A stretch of 27,913 bases of DNA from contig DXJG01000014.1 in the NCBI GenBank assembly GCA_019056805.1, forward strand, positions 1 through 27,913, in the 5' to 3' direction. Positions within the stretch are counted from its first letter, which is position 1; every line of letters begins with the position of its first letter. Below the pieces are notes generated by a model. The model searched no databases. It worked only from the letters and a program-made list of their open reading frames with translations, and was not told the origin of the DNA. A program made the translations under genes and the position numbers. The DNA comes from Candidatus Baldrarchaeota archaeon (GTDB lineage Archaea > Asgardarchaeota > Baldrarchaeia > Baldrarchaeales > DXJG01). This document shows positions 25,737 through 27,913 of this stretch, piece after piece.

Positions 25737-27725
25737 ATGTTAAAGGAGATGGGATGTGGTTCAATGGAAGCGGAAAAACTCCTTTCCTTACTGAGAGAGG
25801 AAATTTCTGGTATTCGTGCGAGGGAATATGTTGCAAATATTGCACGTTTTCATAGAATTCAAGCTTCACCTGGATTTCATGAAGCTGCAATCTATGTTTT
25901 TGAAGAATTAAAAAAGAGTGGTATAGAAGTAGAGTTGTGGAAGTTTAAGTCAGATGGAAAGAAGAAATATTTCGAATTTATTTCGCCAATTGGTTGGGAT
26001 ATAGAAGAAGGATATCTTGAAATGATAGAACCTGAAAAGAAAAAGCTTGCAGATTTTTATCAAATCCCTACTTCGATTGTTGCCCATAGTAATTCAACAC
26101 CTGAAGAAGGAATAATTGCGGAAGTTGTTTATGTTGGAAAAGGAGAGTCGGGCAAAGATTATGAAGGAAAAAATGTAAAGGGAAAGTTTGTACTTGCCTA
26201 TGGAACTCCACGCAGGGTTCATAAAGAAGCTGTAGTAAAGAGAGGTGCTGTGGGGGTTATTCTTTATAGGAAAATGATTGATGCACCTGACGCGGTTCCA
26301 TATAGAGCTTTTTGGCCAACTGCTGATGAGCTTAAAAATTTAGGAGTGGGATATTCAATATCTTTAAGACAAGCAGAACAATTAATTTCAAAATTGGAGA
26401 AAGGAGAAAAAATTAAAGTAAAGGGTTATGTAAAGGCAAGGTTTTTTGATAGTTGGTTGGAAGTGGTTACAGCAGTAATAAGAGGAGAGAAAAGACCTGA
26501 AGAAGAGATTCTTTTAATAGCTCATCTTTGTCACCCGAAACCAAGTGCAAATGACAATGCGTCTGGTTCAGGACTACTCATAGAAATCGCAAAAACATTG
26601 AAGAGATTAATTGACCGTGGAAAAATCCCGAAACCCGAGAGAACGTTGAGGTTTATGTGGATTCCAGAATACTATGGAACTGTTGCTGTAGTTTCAGAGA
26701 AGATGAGACAGCTCGGTAAAATAGTTTCTGTTATAAATTTGGATATGGTTGGAGAAAACCAGGAACTTTGTGGATCAACAATTACTATTACGGAAACCCC
26801 ATTCTCTCTACCATCATTTCTACCTTTCCTATTGGAAGAGTTTATTGAAGAGGAGGCTAAGAGAGGTTTAAAACAGTTTGGTGGAACAGATGCCTTATAC
26901 TCATTAAGATTCAAAGCCACTACCTATTCTGCTGGGAGCGATCACGATGTTTTTGTAAATGTAGATCTATGTGTCCCCGCTGCCTCAATTACTTGTTGGC
27001 CAGATAGATTTTACCATTCAAGCGATGATACCATTGATAAGGTTGATCCAAAGGTTCTAGAAAAAATTGGAATAGCAGCTGCATCCACAGCTCTAATCTG
27101 TGCAAACTCGAATTCTAAATATGCTTTGAAGTTGGTAGGTAAAGTTCTTAGAGAAGCTTTCACGAAAATGAAGAAACTAGAAGAAAGAGCATCTATTTCC
27201 AAAGATAAAAAAGAAATCTATTTACTCTATAGGTCTGCTTCCATTCTTAAGAAATGGGCAAGTAAAGCACTTTCATCTCTACTGCTAGTTTTTTCAAGTA
27301 AAGATTTAGAAGACTTGGTTGATGAGAGTATTAAGGAAGTAAATGATATTGCTTTGAGAACAGAGAATAAAATAAAAATTATTGCTGCTTCGCGAGGCTT
27401 TAAGGTGGAGGAGTATGAACTTAGCGATATGGAGAAAGAATTGCAGAAAACATTTCCTGTAAAGAAGTTTAAGTTTCTTCTTCCTTATAGAATTCTCACA
27501 GAACAGAAAGATGAAAAGAAAGCTTTATTTTATTTAGAGAAGAGGGAGAAAAACGATATTTTAATGGCTCAAATACCGGAGATCATCAACTTAATGGATG
27601 AGAAACATTCTATCTTCGATATTTACCTCACTTTATTTGCAGAGTACGGCAAAGCAAACATAGAAGACTTAAAACATCTATGTGACGACTTAAAAAACCT
27701 AAAACTAATAGAACTCAAAAAGTAA
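25737..27725 (+). CDS. M28-family zinc peptidase with PA domain (DUF4910-type)
   Basis: Motifs RIQASPG, IAHLCHPKPSANDNASG, WIPEYYG, INLDMVG, SDHDVF, WPDRFYHSSDD. The start may be ATG 25761. Confidence 0.85.
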   Translation: MLKEMGCGSMEAEKLLSLLREEISGIRAREYVANIARFHRIQASPGFHEAAIYVFEELKKSGIEVELWKFKSDGKKKYFEFISPIGWDIEEGYLEMIEPEKKKLADFYQIPTSIVAHSNSTPEEGIIAEVVYVGKGESGKDYEGKNVKGKFVLAYGTPRRVHKEAVVKRGAVGVILYRKMIDAPDAVPYRAFWPTADELKNLGVGYSISLRQAEQLISKLEKGEKIKVKGYVKARFFDSWLEVVTAVIRGEKRPEEEILLIAHLCHPKPSANDNASGSGLLIEIAKTLKRLIDRGKIPKPERTLRFMWIPEYYGTVAVVSEKMRQLGKIVSVINLDMVGENQELCGSTITITETPFSLPSFLPFLLEEFIEEEAKRGLKQFGGTDALYSLRFKATTYSAGSDHDVFVNVDLCVPAASITCWPDRFYHSSDDTIDKVDPKVLEKIGIAAASTALICANSNSKYALKLVGKVLREAFTKMKKLEERASISKDKKEIYLLYRSASILKKWASKALSSLLLVFSSKDLEDLVDESIKEVNDIALRTENKIKIIAASRGFKVEEYELSDMEKELQKTFPVKKFKFLLPYRILTEQKDEKKALFYLEKREKNDILMAQIPEIINLMDEKHSIFDIYLTLFAEYGKANIEDLKHLCDDLKNLKLIELKK

Positions 27726-27913
27726 CTCAGAAAACAAGCAATTGAGATATATTTCATTAACGCAGATCTACTAAGGTGGCTATTACAGTGATTTTATTCA
27801 AAAAACTGAAAACAAACTCCTTTATTTCTTTCTTCCTTTTAATATTTAGAGACATGAGGTGGTTACGTAAGCTAATAATTTAAAAAAGTAGATTATATTA
27901 TGTTATGGGATGG

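Noticed and set aside
2462-27202. Numerous 60-150 aa antisense or nested ORFs in the six-frame track (e.g. 3056-3256, 7129-7347, 16211-16582, 21836-22294) and 1068-1283, 11323-11574, 8414-8599
   Set aside because: Most are shadows of well-supported genes on the opposite strand; the rest have atypical composition, no RBS and no motifs.

Overview
AT-rich archaeal window (BRE/TATA promoters, GGAGG/GGTGA ribosome-binding sites, many TTG/GTG starts), probably from a thermophilic heterotroph; the lineage cannot be fixed from sequence alone. Content: (1) a tightly coupled four-gene operon (2466-7891) encoding a class III PLP enzyme, a HisC-like PLP enzyme, an FGGY kinase and a Form IV RuBisCO-like protein; (2) a GYD protein, a wHTH/DUF1724 regulator, a membrane protein and a nucleotidyltransferase; (3) an unannotated 156-nt GC-rich island (10922-11077) with its own promoter and two homologous structured hairpin domains, a strong candidate novel ncRNA; (4) a DIPPS-like CDP-alcohol phosphotransferase, a TIM-barrel isomerase, a DUF362 gene with a decayed duplicate fragment, and a RAD55/GvpD-like ATPase; (5) a nickel region with a NikMNQO-type ECF transporter behind a NikR-like operator, plus larB and larC; (6) a secreted clostripain-family peptidase, a HEPN-MNT pair and an M28 peptidase. 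No rRNA, tRNA, CRISPR array or intact mobile element was seen. All family calls come from motif recognition by eye; no database searches were run.
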